DNA of 63,263 nt, filler included, from Chiloscyllium plagiosum (Eukaryota): assembly GCF_004010195.1 (NCBI RefSeq). It is 4 parts of one record of this genome, joined end to end, with 100 filler letters (N's around TTAATTAATTAA, not from the genome) between each part and the next. Parts side by side here need not be neighbours in the genome. Positions count along the whole stretch, not along the records: positions 9,264 to 39,382 come from NC_057716.1; 3 more parts are not named here. One strand, written 5' to 3'. The position numbers and the translations under genes were made by a program. Shown here piece by piece: positions 23,151 through 34,533 of this stretch (position 1 is the first letter of the stretch; the number at the start of each line of letters is the position of its first letter). The notes under the pieces were generated by a model, which made no database searches, was not told the origin of the DNA, and saw only the letters and a program-made list of their open reading frames with translations.

Positions 23151-25876
23151 CTTTATATGCACTTAGTGGGATAGACGGACATTATACCTATGTCTGAAAT
23201 GCTCAGTAGAAACTAAATTGTGGCTTTCTCATTCTGCCAGGACACCACATAGAAGGAAGCATTGTACCAAACTTTGCATTTGGTTCTCTGTTATTGTGGA
23301 AGATGGATAGACAGATGAGAATTAGGAAGGTGGGCAAAACATACATTTTAAAAAATGTGGAGTACAGGCACAGAACCTTGTCAGAACGTACGAAGGTTTC
23401 AGCAACATACAAGCAGAATGAAAAGTGCCTATTGACCTACAGAGATAAATGGGAGAGTGTTTCTGACAGAGAACAGTGTCATTTCCTACATTCTATTTTT
23501 GTCAGCTGTTTCTTAGAGTTTATTGGATGCCATTGACCGTGTGAACAATAATACCATGGAATGGGATTTCTGCCATTTGCTATTTGTAGTGAAATCATAG
23601 CCACAAATATATGTAAAGTGCTTACAATTTTATTATAGCAGTGAGGGACAATCTTTCTCCTGTAAGATTAACATGTACATATACAAGCTAACAAGTGATA
23701 CAAAAATAAATTGGCATTTACCAAATTTGTGAAAGTATCTTGGATTTGAAAGTATTGAAAGCAAATAAATTTTAGTATTAGAATATATAAATAACTGTGA
23801 AATAAGTGCTCCTGAAATATTGAAATATCAAAAACACTTGCATTGCTGCATAGTGATGCTATGACCAGACCCTAGGTGAGATTCCCCAAGTTATTACAGT
23901 TCTAGATGCAATATGTCAAAGCTTTAGCTCCCAGGTGAGGGAGGGTGAACTGGTTCCCTTCTTTATTCACCCACCTCCTGACTTGATTGCAACAAGGTCA
24001 GTTAAAACAGGAATCCTTTCCTTGTGATTTCCTTTCTCCCAGACCAAATTTTAAAAAAAGTTAATTTTGCTAAGGTTTCCTGACTTAACAAAAGTGTGAG
24101 TTTATTAATTACTAAACACGAAAGGAATTAATATTGCAACATACATACAGATAGAGTAGGAATAAGAAGTGATTTCAACAAAAGATAAAATTTGAATCAG
24201 TCTCTCTCAGTCTTCTGTGAAGAATTAACTGAACTGTCGATTTTGGGATGCTTGACTCATGCAAATTAGTTGAAATCCTTTCTGTCCAGTTTTCTTCTGA
24301 GGGTATTTGGTTAACAGCACTCAGAATGAGAGAATCCTTCTGTTGTTCAGTTTCCTTTTAACTGGCTTGTTAACTAATTGGCTTCTAGCACTCATTGTAT
24401 TATGGCAGACAGTAATTAAGTGTGATTTGCTTTTGCTGAGACCACTGACTGACCATGTTACTAAGGAGCTGCTTTGTTTCAATAATCCTTACATTGAGTC
24501 GTTGAAACTGTCATCAATGAATCAAAGCAGAGAATTTGTTGTCATCTCTGTTAACATGCATTGTGATTGGTTACAGAAAATTTTGAGGGACATGTGTTTG
24601 GAAGGCTAGGACCAACAAAAATTTCACAGTGGATGTGGAAAAGCCTTCAAGTACTGAGCTTGCAGAATATGGTCCCTTCAGAATACAGAGTGCATGAGTT
24701 CCCATTGTCTTTTATCTTTGTTGGAGTGTCCTCTGGGTGAGTCATGCATACCACCCTGTCTCCTTGTGGGGAAGGGGTATCATACAGTATGGGTTCAAAA
24801 TCTCTCATCCCCCTGTTGTAATCAATGACTACATTAATGGTGTGCATTTCTGCTAGCTGATGACTGTTCTGGTGTACCTATCTCTCAATGGCAACCACCA
24901 TCCTGTCTACAAAGATAGACAAATGCATGCATTCTGGAGCCAGCACGGTATAGATAGCATGGCGGACACCTCCAACCTTTGATCCAGCTTCTGACTATCT
25001 CAGTGAAAGCTACCTGTTGCTCCTGTGCCCGTTCGTGCACTTTTGACAGAATTATTATGGTTGACACCACTGCATTCTCTCCTGCCTGGCGCTGAGCAGG
25101 TGCCTGGTCTCCAACAACCCTCTCAGTTCCAGTGTCTCTGGGGCATTTCTTCCTTGACTATGAATGTGGCCATGACCAGAATATGCTCTCAACTGTCATC
25201 TAGCCAAACATACCAATTGATGTGTCAGTCTATGGGTTTGTGGAAGGTGCAGCAGGCAGTATAGCCAGTAAGGGATCTATGGCTTCTTCCTCAGAGGTGG
25301 AGGAGGAGGTAATATCTGGTGGGACGGTCTCTTCATGATGGAGCCTTTGTGGGTATTGTTCATGCCTACAGGAGACAAGTGGAGGAATTAATTGCAAAAT
25401 AGAAGCTTGTGCATGTTACGAACATATACACAGTGATGTTAATGGAAGAGTGTAGCTGCACCTGACAATGAATCTTTCTCGGTTGCTGGGACATAAACTA
25501 GGCATCACTATGGGAAGTGACAGTTCTCTCCCTATATGGGAAAGGTTGTCTTCTCATAGGGGAAAGGCAGATGAATATTAGGCACCCCACCATCCATCTT
25601 GGCTCTCTGTCCTATTGTGGGCTGTTTTCTCCTGGATTGAGACAAGGGATTGAGTAAGATGGAAGTGGTTGGCAAAGCTGTTGGTGCTGGAGCAGGTAGA
25701 TGATAGGTGGTGAGTGAACCCAAGTAAGAGGGCATGAAGGGTCAGTAATCTTTGAGGCTTGAATGGTTGAGAGCAACTGAGGGAAGATTCTGCATGCAAT
25801 AAGGGTAGTAGACCATGAGTCATGGTGCAGTGGCAGCGTTAGTTAGAGTGTGAAGTAGCAGAGAGAAGGTGATGAC

Positions 25877-26097
25877 ACTTACTGTAGTGAAGCACAGAAT
25901 GTCATTAACCTTCTGGCAGCACTGCTGGATGCTCCTCTGGAATATGGACACAGCACTGCCTGGGATGCCCAAGCTGGCAGGGACTGATTCTTTAATTTCG
26001 TCTGGTGGTCCTGAGGAAGGAAGATGGCCATCCTGTCTAGCAGGACCTCCAGGTTCCTGTCAGCCAGGTGGTGTGCCAATCTGTCTCTATCTGCCAT
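25877..26097 (-). pseudogene. Decayed Myb/SANT-like DNA-binding ORF of a Harbinger transposon
   Basis: MADRDRLAHHLADRNLEVLLDRMAIFLPQDH...LPAWA, a frameshift, then FQRSIQQCCQKVNDILCFTT followed by a gtaagt donor. Matches the trihelix pattern (LEVLL...W...RTxxQCxKKxNDL). Confidence 0.65.
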
Positions 26098-26778
26098 CTT
26101 ATCAAATATTCACTGGAACTGTGAAGTCCAATTCCTGACTTGCAGCTTTATACAGGTATACAACTGGGCTTTAAAGTTGGCATTGGCACCAGGACTGCCA
26201 AAAGGTCCTGGCAGTGATGAGTACTTCCCCTGCTACTGAGCATGAGAGTGGGGTATGATGCATTTTCAATAGGATCAGCATTGTAACATTGTGTGAGAAA
26301 ACTCACTGGAGATCAGAAGAGACAAACCCTCCTTTAAACTCCTCAAAATTTACACAGCTACATTTTGGGAAAATTCTACTTATTGTCTTTGTACATTCAG
26401 ATAATGCTTTGGATATATGACAAGTCCAGATCGAGCCCTTATCCAGTTATTATTACTTGGTGTAGCTTCACTTTATGATGTGCTATCTGTTATCTTAGGT
26501 GAATGTGTATCTAGATGTATATGTAAGTATGTGACTGTTGCTGGCGAGATACTGTCAGTATCTGAAGCATCTTCTATGTGATGGGTTGTCAATTTCTTTG
26601 CAGGATTTGACCATTATAACATCAAATGATCTTCGCTGGACACAACTACTACTATCTTTCCATGAATCCGTGCATTCATACGAAAGTCTCAAACTTATAC
26701 GCTTTGTCATGGTTCACTTTGGGAAAACTGTCTACGTACTCATTGATCATGCGATTGCTCCCTTTTCTCCATTCTTAC

Positions 26779-26883
26779 CAACGGTGTGTTGTGCATGTGC
26801 AGTTGGACAATGAGTGTGTGGGAGGGGAGAACTGTGTCGAGCCGTCTCCCAAACATGCGAGCTACTGTTAAGGTAAACTGTGC
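26779..26883 (-). CDS. Candidate 105-nt symmetric exon of the unidentified gene
   Basis: Acceptor tctgctcctttag and donor TTG|gtaaga. Open in phase 1-1 (TVYLNSSSHVWETARHSSPLPHTHCPTAHAQHTV) and in phase 0-0. Locally CpG-richer than the background. Confidence 0.35.
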
Positions 26884-26989
26884 CTAAAGGAGCAGATGTG
26901 AATCTAACATAGCTATCTGAAAATCTTGGTGAGCCACTTTGCAATTAGTGATCATGGATTTTTCAGGACAAGCAAAGTAATATGCAAGA

Positions 26990-27949
26990 CTATTTAACAA
27001 GAGGATTGATGAGGGCAGAGCAATAGATGTGATCAATATGGACTTCAGTAAGGCGTTTGACAAGGTTCCCCATGGGAGACTGATTAGCAAGGTTAGATTT
27101 CATGGAATACAGAGAGAACTAGCCATTTGGATACAGAACTGGCTCAAAGGTAGAAGACAGAGGGTGGTGATGGAGGGTTATTTTTCAGACTGGAGGCCTG
27201 CGACCAGTGGAGTGCCTCAAGGATCGGTGCTGGGTTCTATACTTTTTGTCACTTACATAAATGATTTGGATGCGAGCATAAGAGGTACAGTTAGTAAGTT
27301 TGCAGATGACACCAAAATTGGAGGTGTAGTGGACAGCGNNNNNNNNNNNNNNNNNNNNNNNNNNNNNNNNNNNNNNNNNNNNNNNNNNNNNNNNNNNNNN
27401 NNNNNNNNNNNNNNNNNNNNNNNNNNNNNNNNNNNNNNNNNNNNNNNNNNNNNNNNNNNNNNNNNNNNNNNNNNNNNNNNNNNNNNNNNNNNNNNNNNNN
27501 NNNNNNNNNNNNNNNNNNNNNNNNNNNNNNNNNNNNNNNNNNNNNNNNNNNNNNNNNNNNNNNNNNNNNNNNNNNNNNNNNNNNNNNNNNNNNNNNNNNN
27601 NNNNNNNNNNNNNNNNNNNNNNNNNNNNNNNNNNNNNNNNNNNNNNNNNNNNNNNNNNNNNNNNNNNNNNNNNNNNNNNNNNNNNNNNNNNNNNNNNNNN
27701 NNNNNNNNNNNNNNNNNNNNNNNNNNNNNNNNNTGTATGGAATGAGCTGCCAGAGGATGTGGTGGAGGCTGGTACAACTTCAACATTTAAGTGGCATTTG
27801 GATGGGTATATGAATAGGAAGAGTTTGGAGGGATATGGGCGGGGTGCTGGCAGGTGAGACTAGATTGGGTTGGGATATCTGGTCAGCATGGATGGATTGG
27901 ACTGAAGGGTCTGTTTCCATGCTGTACATCTCTATGACTCTATGACTCT
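26990..27949 (+). mobile_element. CR1 LINE RT to 3' end (internal N gap)
   Basis: [15 protein letters not shown]...[13 protein letters not shown]...[10 protein letters not shown]...YINDLD...[11 protein letters not shown]. Tail (CTATGA)n. Confidence 0.95.
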
Positions 27950-29499
27950 AAAAGGTTAGTGAGGAGAATAAGTAACATGTTGAACACCCTGTTTGCGCCA
28001 TGTAATGGAAGGGTGCACGAGTATCCTGCCAACTGCTGTCAGATGCAATTGGTTGAACTACACCAAACACTCTGAATATGACAGGAACCGCCTGGTGGAT
28101 ACATTGACTTTTCAAGGCCAGAACTGACGTTTCCAAAACTTAAAACAAAGTAGGGAATGCAATTTTTTAAATGTTTTGCAAAATCTGCACTAATTTTAAA
28201 AATGGTCCATTGACTGCAACAGACAAAGCCCTGGAACAGTAAAGAATAGTTGCAGTTTTTGTCCTTTGAAAGAAACGAGGTATTTTGAAAACAAAGATCT
28301 CAAGCATTGTCAAGGTTAAATTCAAGGTAAGTTCCTGAAGATGGATAAATATATATTGAGGATTACACAACATTAAAACAAATCAGAACTGTTCTGAATA
28401 AACAGTACGTTACTAAAGACTAATGAGCCCAACAAAGATTGCCTGGGGTTTTCACGTTAAGGGTACCACTGGTTTAATTTGGATGCCGTGCCTTTGTAAG
28501 TTATTTTATTGCCTATTTCTAGTTCTCTGGTTTGCTCAGGGGAGGAGCAACTTCCGTCATTTTATTGCTGTTCAAGTGATTCATGGTAAATAATATGTGC
28601 TGATGACAGTTCTTCCTTTCAGAGAAATTTTAAGCAGTTGGAAAGTGAAATGCCTTAATGAAGCACAGTTTGTGCTGTGCTGTTTTTAAAACTGTAATTC
28701 AATCTGCACAGAACATCTGACTGACACAACTCATCAGCCAGTAAGGAGCAGGTGACAAGCAGCTTCAGAAACGCCTGGCAGCTTCTGTTGTTTCACACTG
28801 AGGTTATTGCAGGCTTGTTCAGTCCACAGGATGTTTTTGGGTAGAAAACACAGGATGATAGTGTTTTACCAGCACAGACTGGAATACATGCTATGGAGAA
28901 CATCACAAAGAAGCTAAATGAGACATGGAGCCTGAGGCACCAACTCCCACGAGAAAATGGGAATACTTCGATGTGCATTATTGGCCACTGCCATGAAGAC
29001 TGGAAAGTGTCTGGGTGCTTAGTGGGCCTGAAAGGCCTAAGGTTAATGCAAGTGCCACTTTGGTGCTTGAAACATAAATTAACACAAATGCAAAAAAATT
29101 TGATCTACAGAGTTCTGTTTTTTTCATTTTATCGCTATGGCTGCCATTTTGTCTTTAAAATGGTGTTTGAGGCACATGCAGCAGACATCGTTTTTGTGAG
29201 GGTGTTTGCATGCAAGCAACAGTTTAATGCCAACACTGTTATTTTTGAGCTCAATTTTCCAACTACAACCCATTTCTTAACCTAACACAGCTGCAGGAAG
29301 GACCTCCCCCAACTTGCTATTTAAAAGAGTCATCAGACCCTTTTGGGTTAGTTGCTGATTCATTTTGCTGGCTTTTGGTATGACGATTGAAATGTTTGAA
29401 AGTTCCAGACCTGTTTAAAGTTGCTGAAATCGATGGGCCCTATGCTGAAGGACTTTGGCCTGACTTCCAGGATTCTCCACAGGACACTTGCTCCCAGAT

Positions 29500-30097
29500 A
29501 TGGATGCAATAGTTTGCATCCTGTTCTACAGAATGATGGGGAGAATGTTTATAAGCAACACAGAACAACATAAGCTGCTTAAATGGAGAGGGGTGAAAGG
29601 CTGTTAACTGGAGGCAATGTCGACTGAAGTGTTCAGAGACCAACCCTCCTTCCTGAACTTCAGCAGGGAATAGAGACTCACATATTTCGTCTTTACGAAG
29701 GAAAGCCAACACAAATTCTTCCACCAATTCCAGCCACAACTGCAATCTCAAAGCAGGGCGAGGGCAGTATTACCACTGGCTCTGAAGATAGCTATGATCT
29801 TGAACATTTAAGCATCTGGTGCCTTCCGTATTTGGAGCAGCTGATGTCTATAATATCTCTCAACCAGGGAGAAGCAGGCACGTGAGCATGGAGCTCTGCA
29901 AAAGTGCAGCCTTCCTCAAGGCACAGGGCATTGCTGACTGCACAGATATTATTCTACAGGCACTGCATTATCACCTTTGAGATGGATTGCAGCTGGAAGG
30001 AATTACATTCTCCTCAGCAACGAGCTAAGCTGCAATCAGAGGCAGAGTATCATGCAGGTCAATGTCCTGTATCCTGTCAGCAGCCAGGATGCCTTCA
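29500..30097 (+). pseudogene. Decayed PIF/Harbinger transposase, N-terminal half
   Basis: VFRDQPSFLNFS...FTKES...QPQLQSQSRARAVLPLALKIAMILNI*ASGAF; FLKAQGIADCTDIILQA (cf. FPxVQGAIDCTHV); CNQRQSIMQVNVLYPVSSQDAF (cf. ARYPGSSHDAF). Confidence 0.85.
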
Positions 30098-30100
30098 GAA

Positions 30101-30150
30101 CCACACACACACACGCTCACTCACTCTCTCGCACTCACTCAACTCACTCT
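30101..30150. repeat. (CA)n/(CACT)n low-complexity tract
   Basis: CACACACACACACGCTCACTCACTCTCTCGCACTCACTCAACTCACTCT. Confidence 0.8.
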
Positions 30151-30166
30151 TATTCCTTGGATCAGC

Positions 30167-30727
30167 TAGAGTCATAGAGTCATAGAGATGTACAACATGG
30201 AAACAAACCCTTCGGTCCAACTCATCCATGATGACCAGATATCCCAACCCAATTTATTCCCATCTGCCAGCACTTAGCCCATATCTATCCAAACCCTTCC
30301 TATTCATGTAGCCATCCAGATGCCATTTAAATGTTGCAATTGTACCAGCCTCCTCTGGCAGCCCATTCCACACACACACCACCCTCTGTGAGAAAAAGTG
30401 GCCCCTTAGGTCTCTTTTATATCTTTCCCCTCTCACCCTAAACCTATGCTTTCTAGTTCTGGACTCCCCCACTCCAGGGAAAAGACCTTGTCTATTTATC
30501 CTATCCATGCCCCTCATGATTTTATAAACCTCTATAAGGTCATCCCTCAGCCTGTGATGCTCCAGGAAAAACAGCCCCAGCCTGTTCAACCTCTCCCTAT
30601 AGCTCAAATCCTCAAACCTTAGCAATATCCTTGTAAATCTTTTCTGAACCCTTTCAAGTTTCACAACATCCTTCCGATAGGAAGGAATCAGAATTGCACG
30701 CAATATTCCAAAAGTGGCATAACCAAT
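30167..30727 (-). mobile_element. CR1 LINE 3' end
   Basis: ORF 30254-30703 reads PSYRKDVVKLERVQKRFTR...FFSQRVVCVWNGLP. Reverse tail (GAGTCATA)n at 30168-30188. Confidence 0.95.
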
Positions 30728-30762
30728 CTCAGGTGCTTATTCAGAGCTAACTCAGATGCACG

Positions 30763-31380
30763 TGTTATGGACAAAATCAACCCCACTGCAACTATATCAA
30801 GCAGATAGCCTGTACATTAACTCTTATTTAAAGGAAAGTGTAAGGTTCTCTCTTCCAAATGTGATTTGATTGGTCACACTACTCAGCTTTAAGCAAAACA
30901 CACTTCAACCTTACCCCCAGTTAAAATACAAAAAAAAGGAAAAATTGGTATATCTTTATCTCTGTTGGAAAACTTAACAGAATAATAGATTCCTTAACTG
31001 CTAAATGGCAACTGTTCCAATACAGTAACATTGCATAAACATACCCTTGACAAAGGCAAATTCTGTAAAACAGATAGTCTCACATGCATTTCTGGCAGCA
31101 GAGAGAGAACCCAAGCTGTAGCAAAGAGATGAATAACAATTTCCACATCCAACTTCAAAACCCCAGCAACTGCTGAAAGCTAAACTAAAACCCTGGTTCT
31201 ATGGGCGGCTGATTCTGCCCATTCACATGGTTCTATTGTTCCAACTTTTAGGAAAAAACCCAAGGCCTCACAAGTTGCTTACTTTATTGGCTTGAACCAG
31301 CCAGCTCCTCACCCATGGCTCAAAACCTCTCTTCAAAGAAATTGACAAAATATACCTCTTAAAGCCATAGTATCGGCACA
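30763..31380. mobile_element. Probable solo LTR (618 bp)
   Basis: TG...CA termini. Flanks CACG (30759-30762) and CATG (31381-31384) fit a 4-bp TSD with CpG decay. A related partial copy lies at 6699-7155. Confidence 0.6.
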
Positions 31381-31883
31381 CATGTCATTCAGCCCTTGAA
31401 CTTATCAACTTTAAGTACAAACTAGCTTCATTCCTTCTCTTTATCAATTTCTATCCACCAAGTCTCTCAACTACTACTTTGACTATGAATTAGGCAACAT
31501 TGTCCTTGGTAAAGACTGGTGAATGTACTTATTTGTTACTCAATTGTAGTCTTTGCCACCGTGCATTATATTCCCGTTTTGGTCCCTAATTGCTCCCACT
31601 TGTCTATTTGCTAATCTTTTGATCTTTATATGCATGTAGAAGACTTTGAAATTACTTTTATATTAGCTTCCAATGTATTCTGATACTCTCTCGAACCTTT
31701 TCTCATTTGTTTTGTCACTCCTCCTCTGAATCATCTGTATTTAGCCTGGGGTTCTTGACAGTATTATTCACCTGTCATCTATCATATGCATCTTTTTCGT
31801 ATGTCGCCAATCTCTTTCATCATCCATCAAGTTCTGGACTTGTTTGATTTACCTTTCATTCTCATGAGAAAGTACCTTGCACA

Positions 31884-32100
31884 TAGGGCGGTTCGTGGCT
31901 TAGTCCAAAGATGTGCAGGATAGATGATTGCTATGCTAAATTGCCCATAGTGTCCTGGGATATACAGGCTAGGTGATTTAGCCATGGGAAATGCAGGGTT
32001 ATGGGGATAGGGTAGGGAGGTGTGTCTGGTAGGATGCTTTTTGGAGGGTTGGTCTGGACTTCAGTGGCTTGCTTCCACATTGTAGGGAATCTATGATGAT
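31884..32100 (+). mobile_element. Partial, diverged V-SINE inside old minus-strand CR1 debris
   Basis: AGTCCAAAGATGTGCAGG...GCTAAATTGCCCATAGTG...GGGTAGGG...GCTTCCACATTGTAGG resembles 5410-5555. Confidence 0.7.
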
Positions 32101-34064
32101 TCATATCTGAACTATCTTCTCTTTTGAGGCACCCCATTGTTCCATTATAGTTTGCTTGCCAACCTTTGATTCCAGTTAATCTAGTGCAGATTTCCTCTCA
32201 CCTCACTGAAATTGGTCCTGTCCTATTGAATTTTTTTTTTGCTTTGGATTAATCGCAGTGCTTTTCCTTGGCCAATAAAACTTCATAATTTTATGGTCTG
32301 TTATATATTCCCCTACTGATGCTGAACCCACTTGACTGATCTCATTCCTCAGAACCAAATCCAGCAAAACATTCTACCTTGATGGACTGTAAATTCACTG
32401 TACACTCTCTAAAAACTCTTATTCTTCTTTACTCTATTGCTACCTCAGTCGTCATTGGGATAACTGGAAACAACAGCCAAAACATAGCTTTGCAACCAAG
32501 TGTGAAACACAAGACACAGTTAGTATATTATTTAAACTGTTGACTTAATATGATGAAATTGTTGGACAGAAATACTTCCTGACTGAGGAACTCTGTTATC
32601 CATATCCCCGTATATATCTATTTGCTTTTTTATCTATATCAAAATTCTGAGTAAGAAAAGGATAATGTTTCCATTGGATCATGTAGACATGGAATTGCAC
32701 AGTTAGTCTGGATTACTGCATGAACAGTTTATTAAGCACAGTATCAGGAATTATTTGGTAGCACATTTCATTGAGATTTGCCGATGTGTATAAATAGCCT
32801 GTCTCTGGTGCTTATATCACTTCATATTGAAGTGCTTTGTGGATGTCCAATCAATTATAAAATGCCAAAAGAAACTGAATGCCAACTAACCAGCTGATGA
32901 GTTGTAAGCAGAATTACATTGTGCAGCGGTACCTTTGTAATTGTGAGTTGCTTTGTTTGGAAGCAGTGTTAACATGTCATTGTGCTTAATGTGAATCCAG
33001 ACTTCTGAAATCTAAACTGAAAGCAAATCCCTTGATTACAGACACCCTAGTGACTTCCTCTTTCACGAACCATGGGTTAATCAATACAACTGACAATGAA
33101 AGTTTGTCTTTAAATCTACAGAAGGATAGAGAATGGTGTCATTTATTGACAGATGGTACAGGTGCTATGCAGGAATAACTGTTAATATAGGAAATTATTG
33201 GACCATTTTAGGAAAACCCTGCAGGATTGTAAACAATCAGCAAAGGACAAAGTTTTTTTTGGCTGTAAAATTACACTAGTACCTTTGCTGCAGAACCCCT
33301 CACAAGCCAAATATTGTGCAGATCATGCTCTGGCCATTAATGGTGAGACCAACTGAAACATTGTGGAACAGGCAGTAGGTGTTTTAAAGAACTGCCTCTG
33401 GTGTCCAGATTGCTTGAGGGGAGTTCTTCACTGTGTGTCCGAGTGGGTGTCATGGTGATTTGTTTGTTCGCTCTATGATGTTTCCACTGTGGCTATTGTC
33501 ACCAGGACTCCTGGGGCCAAACAAAGCAAGAGGAGGATGAGGAAGTAATGACAGTGAATCCTGGAGTCCTGTGCTATGCTCAGGCTATGAGAGTATCTGC
33601 TGATCCTATGGATCCCATAAGACAACCTTCCTTTTACCATCCTGTGTCTACCATTCCCCATTCTTTTATTGTTACAATTTTTAGGTTTGGGAGTATATGT
33701 TTTGGGACTAATTTAGTGGGGTCATTGTGATCTGGTCAGAAGCTGTGTGACAATTTGCCCTGATTGTTAGATGTTTAAGCAAGGTCAGATAGCTTTGCAG
33801 GGAAGAAGGTCAGGGTGTTTACACTTTGATGCAATAGCAGCAGCCCCATGTGCCAACTTTGACTGTGTTTTAAAAGTCCCAGAATGGTGTTGTGAATCCT
33901 GTTACCATGTACACTGGTGTGTGTTTGTTTGTGGTGGAGAGGGTGCAGGGATGTGAAGGTGCCATGGGATGGGAGTGAGGGAAAGGGAGGGGAGAGTGGT
34001 TGTGCAGTGGTGGAATTCACACCTGCCATGCCGGAGGCCCAGATTACACCTCCATTCTTAAAAA

Positions 34065-34533
34065 GTTTACAAGAATGCTTCCAGGGATGAAGGGCTTGTC
34101 ATATTGAGGAAAGGTTGAGGACTCTGGGTCTGTACTCAGTGGGAGTTTAGAGGGGGTATCTGATTGAAACTGATAGAATATTGAGAGGCCTGACCAAAGT
34201 GGACATGGAGAGGATGTTTCCATGAGGAGGAGAGTCTAGGACCTGATGATACGGCCTCAGTGAAGGGTCGACCCTTTAAAACTGAGATGAGGAGGAATTT
34301 CTTTAGCCAGCAGGTGGTGAATCTATGCAACCCATTGCCACAGAAGGCTGTGGAGACCTAGTCATTGAGTGGATTTAGGACAGAGATAGATAAGCTTTGA
34401 TTGGTAAGGGCGTCAAGGGTTTTGTGGAGAAGGCAGGTGAATGAGGTTGAGAAACACATCAACCATGAACGAATGACAGAGGAGACTTGATGGGTTGAAT
34501 GACCTAATTCTGCTCTCATATCTATGTTCTTAT
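34065..34533 (+). mobile_element. CR1 LINE 3' end
   Basis: Degenerate FTRMLPGMKGLSY...RPFKTEMRRNFFSQQVVNL. Tail TCTATGTTCTTATG. Confidence 0.88.

Noticed and set aside
23858..24520. Possible additional LTR-like repeat
   Set aside because: Composition is suggestive, but termini and a TSD could not be defined.
26604..26872. Plus-strand exon-like segment (tttctttgcag|G ... AAG|gtaaac)
   Set aside because: All three frames contain stops across the full segment. The minus-strand 105-nt candidate explains the region at least as well. It could still be a non-coding exon.
27948..28138. Minus-strand ORF with good acceptor (LETSVLALKSQCIHQAVP...)
   Set aside because: No donor compatible with the neighbouring candidate exons was found.
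33473..33661. ORF with a hydrophobic, signal-peptide-like stretch (FLILLLLCLAPG)
   Set aside because: It ends in a stop shortly afterwards with no splice donor. The Leu run comes from a GAG/GAT-rich low-complexity tract on the other strand.
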